DNA of 48,370 nucleotides, from NCBI GenBank assembly GCA_002104905.1, contig MCFE01000666.1:1-48370 (forward strand). Reading direction: 5' to 3'. The notes under the pieces were generated by a model, which was not told the DNA's origin, made no database searches, and saw nothing but the letters and a program-made list of their open reading frames with translations. Below are positions 34,300-46,700 of this stretch, piece after piece (position 1 is the first letter of the stretch; each line of letters opens with the position of its first letter). The DNA is from Basidiobolus meristosporus CBS 931.73. Taxonomy: Eukaryota; Fungi; Basidiobolomycota. A program made the position numbers and the translations under genes.

Positions 34300-35554
34300 T
34301 GTTGTGCTGTATTAAGATTAGTTTGGGGCTTGTTCTACAATGTAGAGGCTAATCAACAATAAACAACAACTTCCAGTATGCTAATACTGAAATAGCTTAT
34401 TGGGAGTTTGATATACCAATAAAAGATATAACTTTCACTAATTTCCTCAATCTTAAGCTCAAAATATACTGTAGGCAATGTTTATCACTTCTGCAGCAGT
34501 GTTCTGACCTTTGGTCAACTAATGGGCTAATTTACTTTTATAGTGACTTTTCCTTATTTGGAAGTCACTTTCCATTCTGAGAAAATATCTCCTAATATGA
34601 AAATTCTGAGCTCCCCTTTTACCTAAAGGGGTGTGCTTCTAGAAGTCTCCAAGGGGGTCTTTAGACCTAAAGGGGTATCTAAAGGGGTGTCTTTAGAGTA
34701 AAGGGGCTTCTTGTAGTGGTCTCTAAAGTGGACTTTACACTAATGGGGTGCCTAAAGGGGCTTCTTTAGAGTAAAGGAGTTTCTTAAAGGGGTCTCTGAA
34801 GGGGTCTTTAGACTAAGGGGAGTCTAAAGGGGTGTCTAAAGGGGTGTCTCTAGAGTAAAAGGGCTTCTTAGAGGGGACTTTTCCAACAGAAAAGTGGTAG
34901 TTTCTTGTAGAACTTAGATTGAATTCTTGTGAACTTTGCAGTCTCTTTACTTATGTAGTACCAATCAAAGTCAGAATACTCAACAGTGCAAGTGATGCAG
35001 GAGAAGTCTTGTAACCTTTAAACTTGTAATTGTAGTGTGGAGATTCTGGAAAGAGAGGCTCTCTGTTTATTTTTCAGCTGGGGAAGTCATATATATGAAA
35101 ATTTTGAAGGATCAAAGTTTTTGGGCGATTGCGCAAGCAATACACGTGATACAAAGCTTAAATGCTGTAGTGGCGCAGATCAGATGTAGGCACAGCACCT
35201 GTGAGAAATTCACGTGATATTATTGGCTGGTTCAGAAGTTACACGCAATCAAAGTCACCATAGTAATCTTAGCAATAAGGCATAGTATATACAATAATTG
35301 GACTCTTTTGGTCATAACTCCTTAAGTACTGCTTCAAATGAGCTGTAATCTGAAACATGTGTTGGCTATTATGTGCTCTGTATGACATAGTATTCTTGGG
35401 TGGATTGCTTGTCAGGGTCTGGAGCATTTGTTCTTCAAAGTTGGAAATTCTTGATCTTTGACTTGTGTGTTACAATAGCAAAAAGCACAATAAAGCAATG
35501 CGTGCAATATTGGTTTAGAGATATTGTAGTAATGGAATACTTTCCATTACCACA
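34300..35554 (-). repeat. Gypsy 3' LTR (1255 bp)
   Basis: Same family as the solo LTRs at 8670 and 27292. Its position next to the PPT and integrase stop defines LTR orientation. Confidence 0.92.
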
Positions 35555-35562
35555 AGTCTCCC

Positions 35563-38500
35563 CTAACTTTGAGAAATAATGCCCTCATTATTACTTCTGA
35601 TGTGGAACTTCTTCAATCTGTTACCAGGTTGTATCTGTGCAAGTGGTGTACCATCTAGTTCTGCTAGTTTGTAAGATCCATTTTTGCTTGCATGTATGAT
35701 CTTGTAGGGACCTTGCCATTGCATATCCAGCTTGGATGCCTTGTTTCTTTGGCTTTTTGTGTTGTGAAGTAGAGACAACTCACCTACTTCTAACAATGTT
35801 TTTCTTAGGCATTTTTGAGCATGACAGTAATCCTTGCCAGCCATTCTGGATTTCTTCAGGTTTTCTATTGCATTCTGTTGCAGAGTGTGTGCTTGTTGAA
35901 TCTGTTGTACTCTTGCTAGCAATAGCTCTGATGTTGTCCTGGTTGGTTTCCATGGGAGGGTAAGCCAATTCTCAAGAGATATGTCTATTGGCAAAACAGC
36001 TTCATGTCCATATATTAAAAAAAATGGTGTATACCCTGTATTTCTTTCAACCGTAACTCTATCAGCCCAAATTGCTGCATGAAAGTTATTTGCCCATTTG
36101 TTGGGTTCTTTATAGCTAAGCTTTGCTAATGTGTTTGCAAAAGCAGAATGTCCACGTTCAACTGGTGAATATGCTTATGAGTGATATGGTGTAGTATGTA
36201 TAAGCTTGGTTCCATGCTTTGTTGCTAGTGCTTGTATTTCATAAGATCCACATTCTCCATTGTCTGCAATAAGGGTGCCAACTGAACCATGTCTGAGATA
36301 TACATCTTCTTTGAGAAATCTTGCTACTGCTTTTGCATTGGCTTGTTTCAGCATTCTAGCCTCTATCCAACCAGTAAAGTTATCACAAGAGTCCACCACA
36401 TACTTATACCCAGCTGTTGCCCTTAGTAAATGTATAATATCTATATGTGCAATTTGCCAAGCATATGATGTGTATATACTGTGAAGTGGTTCATGCATCT
36501 TTTGGTTGTCTCTTCTTTGACATGGAATAGACTGCTTCCGTTGGATAGTGCCACATTGAGCCATGTGTGCCAAATGATGCCATAGTGTGCCAGAGAGGTC
36601 AAGTGAGCCTATACTTGGCCACCAAGTGTGAAACAAAGCTCTGCATCTTCATGTAAAGCAGCCCCTGTGTTTCACCCATTGCGCAGGAGAAAATCCATTT
36701 TTTGACCTTTTGTTGTGGATCAATGTAGCTCAGGATGTGTAAGAGCACAGGAGAACTGAAGATATGCATCTGGTACTCAATACCCATGGCACTCTGAGTC
36801 TAGCTCCTGTAGCTTGTATCATGTCACAAAAATGAACGGCACTATCTTGGTCCACTGGTACTATCTGGCACTATATTTAAATATTAGCCCTAAAGTAAGA
36901 TCTATACAAAGCACTTATAGTGCCAGATAGTACCAGTGGACCAAGATAGTGCCATTCATTTTTGTGACATGATACAAGCTGCAGGAGCTAGATTCAGAGT
37001 GCCATGGGTATTGAGTACCAGATGCATATCTTCAATCTGCTTGTGCTTTAACACATCCTGCACAACATTGATCCAAAAAAAAAGGTCAAAAAATGGATTT
37101 TCTCTAACACACTGGGTGAAACACAGCGGCTGCTTTGCATGAAGATGCAGAGCTATGTTTCACACTCTGTGGCCAGGTAGAGGCTCAATTGGCCTCTCTG
37201 GCACACTATGGCATCACTTGGCACTCATGGCTCAATGTGGCACTATCCAACAAAACAAGTCTATTACATGATTTCACATATTCTTTTGTGTTGGTGTACA
37301 GTGTTGGCCAAAAATACCGGAAGGAGATTTTTGCATATGTTGATGTAATTCCCTTATGACCTCCTGATTCAGATTCATGCAATTCTAGAATGATCTTCTC
37401 TTGATCATGCCTGTTATGTATATACTGTCAAGGAACTCCATGTTTGCTTTTTCTGAAAAGTGTGCCATCATGCAGTATAAGCTTCAGAGCCTTCTTGTTA
37501 AAATTTGTCCGTTGATTTGTTGGAATATCAGCAGGAACTTTGAGTGATGTAAGAAATTCCTTGATTTGCTGATAATTGCTTTGTATCATATGTCTGAATG
37601 AGAATCCAAGACTAGTGTTTCAAGAAACTCATCAATCTCATCATCATCAGTTGAGTATGGTGAATTTGGTTGCTTTCTAGATAAGGCATCAGGTCCTTTG
37701 TGATTGGCTCCTGGCATGTGTTGCAGCGTAAAGTCAAAGATCTGCATATATGATATCCACTGTGCTAGAATAGGATCAGGCAAAAGCTCCAACTTATTCA
37801 GCATTCCTAATAATGGCTTGGCATCAACCTCCAGTGTGAAGTGTACTCTTAATAAGTATGGCTTTAGCTTTTTGAGTACATAGAGTACTCCCAGTGCTTC
37901 TTTCTTGATAAATGGATAGTTAAGCTCATTCCCTTTGAATAGTCTACTGAGATATTTGCAAGGTTGTTGATGATGATCTTTTGAAGCCTGAATCATTATT
38001 CCACCAACCCCAATTCCAGAGCTATCAACTGATACAATGATTGGTTGTGAATCAATAACACTGTAGTCTATAGCTACTAAGACAGGTAGCTTTGATAATG
38101 ACTCAAGCAATGTAAACATAGCATTTGCCTGTTCTTTGTGCCATTCAAATTTCTGGTTTTTCTGTAATAACTGCATTGGAGGCTTAGCTATTTGAGCATA
38201 CTTCTTGATCCAGATTCTGAATAGACCAGTAAGTCCTAATAATTGTCTGACTTGATGAATATTCCTTGGTGCCTTCCAATTTAGTGCCAATGAAAGTTTT
38301 GCAGGATCAGGCAATCTCCCTTTCTCAGTAACAAGTTCACCTAGAATGATTGCTTTGTTGTAGCCAAACTTACATTTGGCTCCAGATATAGTCAGACCAG
38401 AAGCCTGAAGTTTCTTCATGACCTTTTAACAGTGCATATGGGATCATAAACATATCTTCTTACTTGAGTAAGACATGCAATGTATCTTTTTCTCTGTACT

Positions 38501-39586
38501 TATTCTTAACTGCAATGTCATCAAGAAATGGTTGGCTTATTTCAGGGAAACAGTCATCCAAAACTTGAATCATTGCACATTGATAATTCTGGACAGAGTT
38601 AGTCCATCCTTGAGGAATTCTTGTCATCCCTATGAGTCCTATTGGTATATCCATAGCGGTGAAATCTCTTGAGGTAGCATCCAGAAGTATTTAGCCATAT
38701 CCTGAATAAAGATCAAATGTTGTAATCAGAGGATATCCAGTAAATGACTCAATATACTCATGTTGTATGGGTGGTTGCATAGCATCTTTGATAGTGACCT
38801 TATTCAAATGCTGTATGTCTTGAATAAACGTAGACTTCCATTTTTCTTCAACAGTATAAACCAGGGATTGAAATAAGGTCCATAGCTATATTCAATGACT
38901 CCACTTTGAAATCTTGACTGTAGCATTTCAATTACTTTGTTCAGTAATCTTGAGGGAATAGGATATGATCTCAGTGCCCATGGTGTATGTTCAACAGTAT
39001 GGATCTTAACTGGTGGAAATAGCTCTATGAATAAATGTCCTCTTTGTGCATCATTAAATGCAAAGACATTGTCATAGCATTGTAGCATAGTCAAAAAGAG
39101 ACATTTCTCCTCAGTGGAAAGAGTAGTCCCAATAGCCAACTCCTTGAGCTTCTCTTCTGTGAGTCTGATTTTGTCATATTTGTGCAAAGGCTCCATTTGA
39201 GGATTGTTGTGGGCAGATGGTGAGATTCCAGTAGATACTGGCTTTGCTTTCAATGCAACTGGCTTATACTTGGTATTTGTCTTACTTGTTGTAGATGGAT
39301 TGAAGTGTTGATCATAAAACAAAATATCCTTATGAACCTGTATGTCTTGTGCTGGAATGGAGTCTGCATTTCTTGGATTATTCTCTTCTGCTGCACAAAA
39401 GGTTGCCCTTCTTTTTTGATTGTCAGATGTGATTGTCAGCCATAAGCTTCCATCAGGTCTGTTATCAGATTGTAGAAGAGATTTTCACTCATATGGTTGT
39501 CCCAACAATACCTCAAAAGTGGGTCCATTGGCAACAATGAAAAAGGGAGAAGTAACCCTCATTCCTCCAATTTCAACTGAGTAGTG
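35563..39586 (-). pseudogene. Gypsy pol pseudogene (protease C-terminus, RT, RNase H, integrase)
   Basis: VLLGQP (protease end), GPYFNPWFILLKKNGSLRL, RIPQGWTNS...FLDD (RT), VSVDSS..EALG..VDAKPL (RNase H), LHES..GGHKGI..YFWP..YVKSC..CQ (IN zinc finger), HIDII, IADNG, WQGPYKI. No chromodomain visible before the stop. Confidence 0.9.
36529..37262. mobile_element. 734-bp foldback (near-fully palindromic) non-autonomous Harbinger derivative
   Basis: Arms 36529-36875 and 36916-37262 are inverted repeats around a 40-bp spacer. The termini match the Harbinger right TIR (AGACTTGTT..GTTGGATAGTGCCACAT). Flanking AAT/ATT is a probable 3-bp TSD with one mismatch. Confidence 0.9.
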
Positions 39587-40335
39587 TCAGGCCCTGATGG
39601 AAAATCAAACTTAGGACAGAGGCAAATTACCAATCAACCAAAAATAAATTGGATGCATATAGGTCTTAAAGACAACACACAATGCCAATGGTACAATTGA
39701 AAGATATAAAGAAAGACTTGGGGACAACTAATACTCTCAAACAAAAGGACTGGTCTACACTGAGAACTTTGCACCAGTAGCCAAGTTTAATTCCATCAGA
39801 ATAATATTGGCTAATGCAGTCAAGTATAAAAATTCAATACATCAAGTGGATGTAAAAGCTGATTTTTGAGCGGGAAACTTTACAACATTCACATGGACTA
39901 GCCTAATGGGTTAACTACTAATATGCAGGTATATTTACCAGATAATTAGCTTGAGATTAGTCTGAACATCTAAGGTCAAAATTAGGACCAGTCAGTGTTA
40001 ACATTTAGTCAAGTGGGAGTGTTGTAAAAGTTTGCAATTTCACCTTAATACTCACCTACCTGAGTCAGCTAGATCATCACCTACAAGCTCAAGAGAATAA
40101 TGAGCAATTCCATGTTGATATTTATTTGGAATATGAGAATTCCCAGAGTTGTCTAAACAGCTTCAGGATTTGCACACATATTTTGAGGCCTTCCTAAGCC
40201 TATTTTATGTTCTTTATATACTAAGACCATGTAAGGAAATAAATACTACTCTCACATTCATTAATCATTAAGTGAATACAACATAATGAACTTGTTTTCC
40301 AAATCAATTATAATATCTCCAAAACTCCAATAATA
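39587..40335 (+). mobile_element. Highly decayed Copia family-I 3' remnant (RT piece, large deletion, PPT, 3' LTR from 40020)
   Basis: Similar to 6020-6350 and 7430-7876. AAGTGGGAG PPT precedes TGTTGTAAAAG at 40020. A further decayed minus-strand LTR piece follows to about 40469. Confidence 0.75.
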
Positions 40336-40970
40336 TGGGGTACCTGATGCTTTTGTAAAATAAACCAAGTAAATCCTGACAAGTAATTTATTCAGAAAGC
40401 TCTAAGACTTGAAGCTAAGTATCTAGTAACTAAGATAGGTGAGTATTTAGGTGCAATTCAAATTTGTTCATCATAATCTACTACTCCTACTGGTATTCCT
40501 CGTAAGGAATAATGCAAGACCACTATGACCTCTTGAACATTAGCATCAGCAAGTGGGCACACTTGTGGCCATTGGAATACTTCTACCACCTTCCCTGACA
40601 AAAATAAACTACCCCAACAGGTGGATCCAATCTGGATTAGCTGTTGGGACCCTACAATGAGGCTGTTTTGATGCCAGCATCTTGAAATTCTTGACACTCA
40701 TTGCAATTCCAAGGTGGATTGGGATGAGGTTTTATGGCTCTTACTGGCAAATATAGCAATAGGTAAGACAGCAATTAAGTGGTCTTATGGCATGGTTCAA
40801 GACAGTCATGTTTTGTAGGATAGTACCACATAGTGCCAGTTTGATCTAGCACTCTGAAGCACTATCTGGAACTATAATTCCCAACATCATCCCAGTGGTG
40901 GGATACAGTTACTGGTAACTTTACTCAATCATACTTATATTAATAGAGAGTAGTGCTTTTCTTGATTCAT

Positions 40971-41852
40971 TTACTGTTCATCATGCTCCACACACATTTC
41001 TCTCCATGGATGTCTTGCTGTATGAATATATTGTGTATTGATAGGTATCTTGACTATCTCACCTATTCTGCTGTTTTCTCCCATACATGACTTTCCTCTG
41101 GATTGACCTGCCAATATGCTGAAACTCTTCAGATATCCAAATGTATGCTCTACTCTCACTCTGAGATGATTAAATATCTCATTGTAGAGCTACTGCTTCC
41201 TGCTAAGTACACCATTCCTTGGCTTCCTATAAGCTGTAATACATCTCATCTCTGACAATCCTCTCCTATATAAGCTAAGTCTGCCATACATTTCTCCCCT
41301 CTACTGAATACAGGATGCTTCTCTACCCAGTGTGCTTTGTCATGCCTACTTCTAGCAAACAGACCACTGACCAGATGATGTTACACACAATGTTGGACAG
41401 TGCTTGAAACTTCACACAATGTGCCTTGTACTTGCCAGAATAAAAGTGCTTCTGCCCTATAGAAGGCCTAATAATCCTGACTGGGAAGGCATCCAAAATA
41501 CTCTTGATATGAAGCCTGTTGCTGAACACTCTAGATATGGAAGTCTATTGGAGCTTCTGAGCCTAGTATTCCACACTTGCTCCAAGTCATTCATACCCTG
41601 TGCAAGGTGGTTCTCCATAGTTGTCAACTGCAAATGAAAGCTTCTAGAACTTTTATTGCCATCGATGGTGGGATGAAACCTTGTAGGGCAATAGTACTTG
41701 TAATAGCAGAAAAGCTTAACAAGTATTCTCCTTGTGTAGATTGGGGTAGATGGTCCACAGTATTTGCTATAGTTCTCCTCTAATGTGTCAAAAGCCAATC
41801 CAGTGGTAGTTATGGGATTGATGAAAAAAGACCATTGAGATGAGTAAGGCAT
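40971..41852 (-). pseudogene. Harbinger DDE transposase pseudogene, copy 2
   Basis: MPYSSQWSFFINP..., ILDAFPVRIIRP, FYSGKYKAHCVKFQ and RVEHTFGYLK, with frameshifts. Confidence 0.88.
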
Positions 41853-42113
41853 ATTGTAATTGGTGGGTGATTGGGCTGAGGTGATCTGAACTGATTTAGC
41901 AAAATTAGCTTTATTGATCTGATTTTCTATGTCTTATGATTAAATCTTGATCAATTGCCATACATTCCATCAATAATTTGCAACAGTCATCCTCAAATAA
42001 TAATTTGGTGATCTTATTGATCATTTACTTGCAAGGCTACAATAAAATAGGAAACTGCAATTGATGTGATCTAACCCAGGTCAATGCAAACCAAGATGCA
42101 TCAAGCATAATAT

Positions 42114-43292
42114 ATGGAGAATTCAAGAATCATTATAGATTTTGAACATTTTCATAAAAGACCAGTTCAATGCCAATTTACTACTGTATAAGTATCCAAT
42201 TCTCTGCCAAAGGTCCCTATACCAAGTTTCAACTCATTTTTAGTACAACCAAGACAAAACCCATCCCCATGCTGACAAGCGCAGTGTTGACCAGAAAAGT
42301 TGATGTTGGATCCATTTGAGTTCTTGCCAAATGACTTTAGTATGGCCCAAGCTTCCAAAATGAGCCTTCATACAGATATTTGGATACTGCTCATTAATCT
42401 AGTGGAACTAGATACATCAGTGAGTCAACAGAGATGAAAGAATTTGAGTAGAAGGCTGTGACATGAGTTCTGCATCAAGATGCCAGCATATGTAAGTTGG
42501 AAGGTATATAACAAGACAAGCATAGATATCAAGAATGAGCTGAGAGTGAGGGGATTTGATGAGGAAGCCATGTGGGAACAATATCTTGCGTAATTTGCAC
42601 ATAATGGGCTGGACGCATCTGTTTGTGCCTCAACATTAGATACCAAAGAGATTTCAAATGAGTTTTTGCATCAAATGACTAATATACTACGTGATACATT
42701 TATAGAGCTAAGTGACTTCTGAGAGCAATATACACAGGACTCATATAGGCAACAGTTCCAAAGTATTATACAGAGGGTAAGTGAATACCATGAGGAATCC
42801 AAAGGTGAGCATCAAGAGGAAGAACACAGACCGTTAGCAACAGCATCCAGAACATACCATCATGACTGGCTGGATTCCTTACCTCACAGTCCAAACTACT
42901 CCAACACCCTTTACAAAGCACCCCACATTGAGTCACAACACATTGGGTTAGGACCTATGCTGAAAAGCAAAACCTCCAGAACTTGCCAAACTGCTCATTT
43001 AGACACAAGTCCATTGGAGCAGGCCAAGTTGTGCCAATAGGTTGTATCACATCAGTCAAGTTGCACCTTGTCAGCATGTGGCACTTAGGCAGGTTTAGTA
43101 GCATTATCTGGAGCAATTTAGCTCAGCCAAGCTGTAGCATTGCACTCATCATCTAGGATGCAAAACACAAACTACAAATACACAAGTTGCCAATTTCATA
43201 GTCAACAAAGAAGTAGTTCAGGTGGGCAAAGTGAATCACTACCAAATTCCTTAGTAGTAATCCATGTGAGAAATAAACCTAGGAGAAGATGA
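42114..43292 (+). pseudogene. Harbinger second ORF pseudogene, copy 2
   Basis: Reads in one frame from ATG 42114 through the Myb-like and helical regions, broken there only by TAA/TGA codons. DIWILL...SQQR*KNLSRR and a C-terminal RNKPRRR*. Confidence 0.65.
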
Positions 43293-43549
43293 TGCAATTC
43301 CATTGAATTACTATTATTTGTCACAATCCAGACAGCACACTTTTTTGAGATTCAACTTCAGCCATTGCAAATCAGTGATCACCAGATTTTTGATATAAGT
43401 TATATCAAGGTTGTCTTACACTTGAGACAGAGCCCCTGCGGTTGTCCAAGCACTATCCTGCCTACTGGTAGCCACAATATTGCATCAAATCATTCTTAAA
43501 AACTGCAGATCATGCCACATGCCCTGGCACAATAGAATGGAACAAGTCT

Positions 43550-43787
43550 AGTGAGAAAATCTTTAGCTAGGCCATAATTTGAGAATCTCAGAGAGGAACT
43601 TGGATTAAGAAATGAGGGGGAATTTTGAAATATTTGACTATTTAGTATCATTCTGTAGCTAAAAGTCTACTTAACAATTCTAGACTAGTATTGGTCACTG
43701 TAGGATAAATCTACAGCCCAAGCTTTTCCACACTTTCAGATCTATAATCTTATGATTTTTACCCTGTAATCAAGATTGAATTGGCAC
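43550..43787 (+). mobile_element. Copia family-II 3' end remnant (RNase H tail, PPT TGAGGGGGAA, partial LTR)
   Basis: LAR..FENLREELGLRN* followed by a purine tract. LTR sequence matches 48207-48370. Confidence 0.65.
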
Positions 43788-43796
43788 TTTTACATT

Positions 43797-46700
43797 TGGT
43801 ATGGGTGCTAATATGATCCTGAATATATGGGAGTAATCATCAGATCATACATCTGAAGAAAGTGGCAAAGCTACAGATGTAGGTAAGTCCTATAGTGATT
43901 AAGACTAGTCCAGAATTGTTGAGTAAATTTCTAGCTGCTGAATGATAACAAAAAGTCCAATACTTCAACACCCACCCCCTCAGCTAGATAATTTCTAATT
44001 CTAATATATCTCTGAGATTCTAAACTTTTGGTGCTGCCAGTGGCTGTGTCAATAGGTCTGCCAACATTTTGTCAGTTAGGCAGGAAACTAACTCTACTGA
44101 GTTGTTTTCTACAGCTTTGCTCATAAAGTGGTGTTGTTTGACTATGTGCTTAGCTCTAGCATGACTAGTGGGATCCCTGGCTAGTGAAATACAACTTTGA
44201 TTATTCTTGTAAATTCACGCTGGTTCACCTGAACTGAAACCTAGGTCCTTGAATGGTTTTTGGAGGCATACAGCCTGCTAAGTTGCTGACAAGCAGCCAT
44301 ATACTCAACTTCAGTTGTAGATAGGGCCACAGTTGGTTGCTTGTTGCAATTCCAAGTAATAGCAACACCAGCGCAAAGAAATACATACCTAGTAGTAGAG
44401 CATTGGCCAGTCATGTCCATATTACAGTCTGAGTAACTATAACCATCAAAATTTTGCCTATTAGCTGCCCAAGAGTATTCCAATACCATATTTATGGTAC
44501 CTTGAAGTTATCTGGCAATCCTCTTAACTGCTGTAGATTGATCTGATCCATAATTTTGTATGAACTGTATTACTATTGCAACTGCCACTATGTTATCTGG
44601 ATGTGTAGACACCATCAAGTACATCAGGCTACCAACCATTGATTGATAGGAAAGGTTTTGGCCATATTTGAGCCTATTTCACCCAAAACTGGCTGAGATT
44701 TGCCCAGTTTCAGATTACTGTCCATTGGGGTAGCTGCAGGCTAGCAATTATCCATATTGAAGCACTTAAGAATGTCCCTGATGTACCTAGACTACTTCAA
44801 AACAATTTTTTAGGTGGGTATGTCAAATGTTACTTCAATTCCAAGAGAATAGCTTAATTTTCCAAGATCTTTCATCTCAAACTTGCTGTATAGATCTGAT
44901 TTTGTCTGTTTAAGTGCCTCCTGGTCACCTATAGCTCTTATTAGGTTGTCCACATAAAGAACCAAGATGATCACACTTTTGAGTTGTGTCCCATATATAT
45001 TGTGATATATAGTGCTACAGATGAGCCCAATCTCCACTAGATATGTGTCAATCTTGTTACATCATGCTCCAGTTGCCTGCTTAAGCCCATACCACAGTAT
45101 CCTAAGTCTGCACACATTATGGGGGCCTTTTGGACTGGTAAAGCCTTCTGATAGCTCCATATGTTTAGTTTCTTGCTGTCTTTATTCAGAAAGGCTGTTT
45201 TGATGTCCATTTGGTGTATCTAGACTGCATACAGCTGCCAGGACCAGAACTGTCCTAGTAGAGTTAAACTTGGCAACCAGAGCAAATATTTCCTTAGAGT
45301 CTAGTTCTAGGATCTAAGAATAGCTGCTGCCTACCAGTCTAGTGGTGTACCTTTCAACAGTATCATTTGAGGTTATCACGATCTTGTAGACCCATCTACA
45401 ACCTATTGGCTTTCTCTCCTTTCATAAACCTACCAGTTGCCACATTTTTGCCCCAATTAGTGATTGGTACTCCTCCTGCATGACTTGATGCCACATTGTA
45501 GCATCTGGGCTGTTCATTGCATGTTCCAGATTCTCAGCTTTGGCACGTAAGGCATGATAAACTTCTTCATGATTGTTGGATGTCTGTCACCAGGAATCAA
45601 GGGGCATTTCTTGTTATGGTGGATCTCCTAACTAGGATTATATGCTCAGATCTGAAACTGGTGGAATTGTCTTCCATATCTGGCCAAGTTATGTATGTGT
45701 CTTCTTTGTTACTGTTGATTGCATCATCAGGCAGCTGTCTTGAGTATCTATTCTTGATATACACTGGGTAGCAATAGATTTAGCTGTACATTTTTAGTCC
45801 ATTCCCTTATCAGGTAGCATAGATATTCCCATCTCTACTATAGTTGTATTTCATTTTCTGCTACTCCATTCTTTCCTGGAGTAAGTGGAACAGTGGTCTG
45901 TTGAAGTATGCCAGTAGATGAGCAGTATTTTGTAAACCCCTTTGAGCAGTATTCCCCTCCATTAGCACTTTGAAGTACCTTCTATTTACACCCAGTTTGT
46001 GTTTCTGCCACGTTCTTGAAGTGCTTAAATATCTCTAAAGCCTCATCCTTTGTCTTGAGGAAGTACATCTATGTATACCTTGTGTTGTCATCAGTAAACA
46101 TCATAAAGTACCTCTTAGCTCCAAGGGACAGTGTTCTCATGGGCACACATGTGTGTGATCGCACAATACCAATATCTCAGTGGTGTTAAAGCCCCCTGAG
46201 CTCCTGAAATGGTGCCTAGCTTGTTTGCTATATGAACATCCTTTACAGATATTTAACTGAATTGAAATTGAGTAATGTGGCCCAAAACAAGTTGATTTTT
46301 CACCAATTGGCTCATTTCCTGCTCCCCAATGTGTCCTTGCCTGCTGTATCATGTCTTCCTGTCAGTTTCAGCAATGTCAACATATTCAGGTACAATGATC
46401 TTGCATTGTGACTTGTATATATTGTGATCTCTGTTTCCAGAGTTAATTATTGTCCACATTCACTCCATATTGAGCAGCTTAGCTTGGTTCAAACAAACTT
46501 TAGTTCCTGAATAGTTGCTTTACTGATTCAGAGTAGGCTTTTAGCTCTTACAGGCACATAAAGTAAATTGGTCAGTTTTGCTGTTGTTGCCTCTGAGACA
46601 TCTTTCATATTTAGTTGTATAGACCTACTGGTGGTAGCTTCCAGTGCAGAGTTGTCTTCCAGATAAACCTTTATCATCAGAATAGTCTTTAAGTTGCTGA

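Larger units (their letters stand above)
34300..39586 (-). mobile_element. 5'-truncated Ty3/Gypsy retrotransposon
   Basis: 3' LTR 34300-35554, PPT-like AGGGGAGACT adjacent on the minus strand, and pol remnants in PR-RT-RH-IN order. Gag and the 5' LTR are absent. Confidence 0.92.
40804..43549 (-). mobile_element. PIF/Harbinger copy 2 (inverted relative to copy 1, internally deleted, more decayed)
   Basis: End AATGGAACAAGTCT at 43549, degenerate TIR at 40804, and both ORFs homologous to copy 1. TSD not recognisable. Confidence 0.88.

Noticed and set aside
35563-35994. Chromodomain at the Gypsy integrase C-terminus
   Set aside because: The ORF ends about 45 aa after WQGPYKI, directly before the PPT, with no aromatic-cage pattern.
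26941-43549. Harbinger copies 1 and 2 as ends of a composite macro-transposon
   Set aside because: Copy 1 has its own TAA TSD on both sides, the outer flanks (TAA versus AGT) do not match, and the copies differ substantially.
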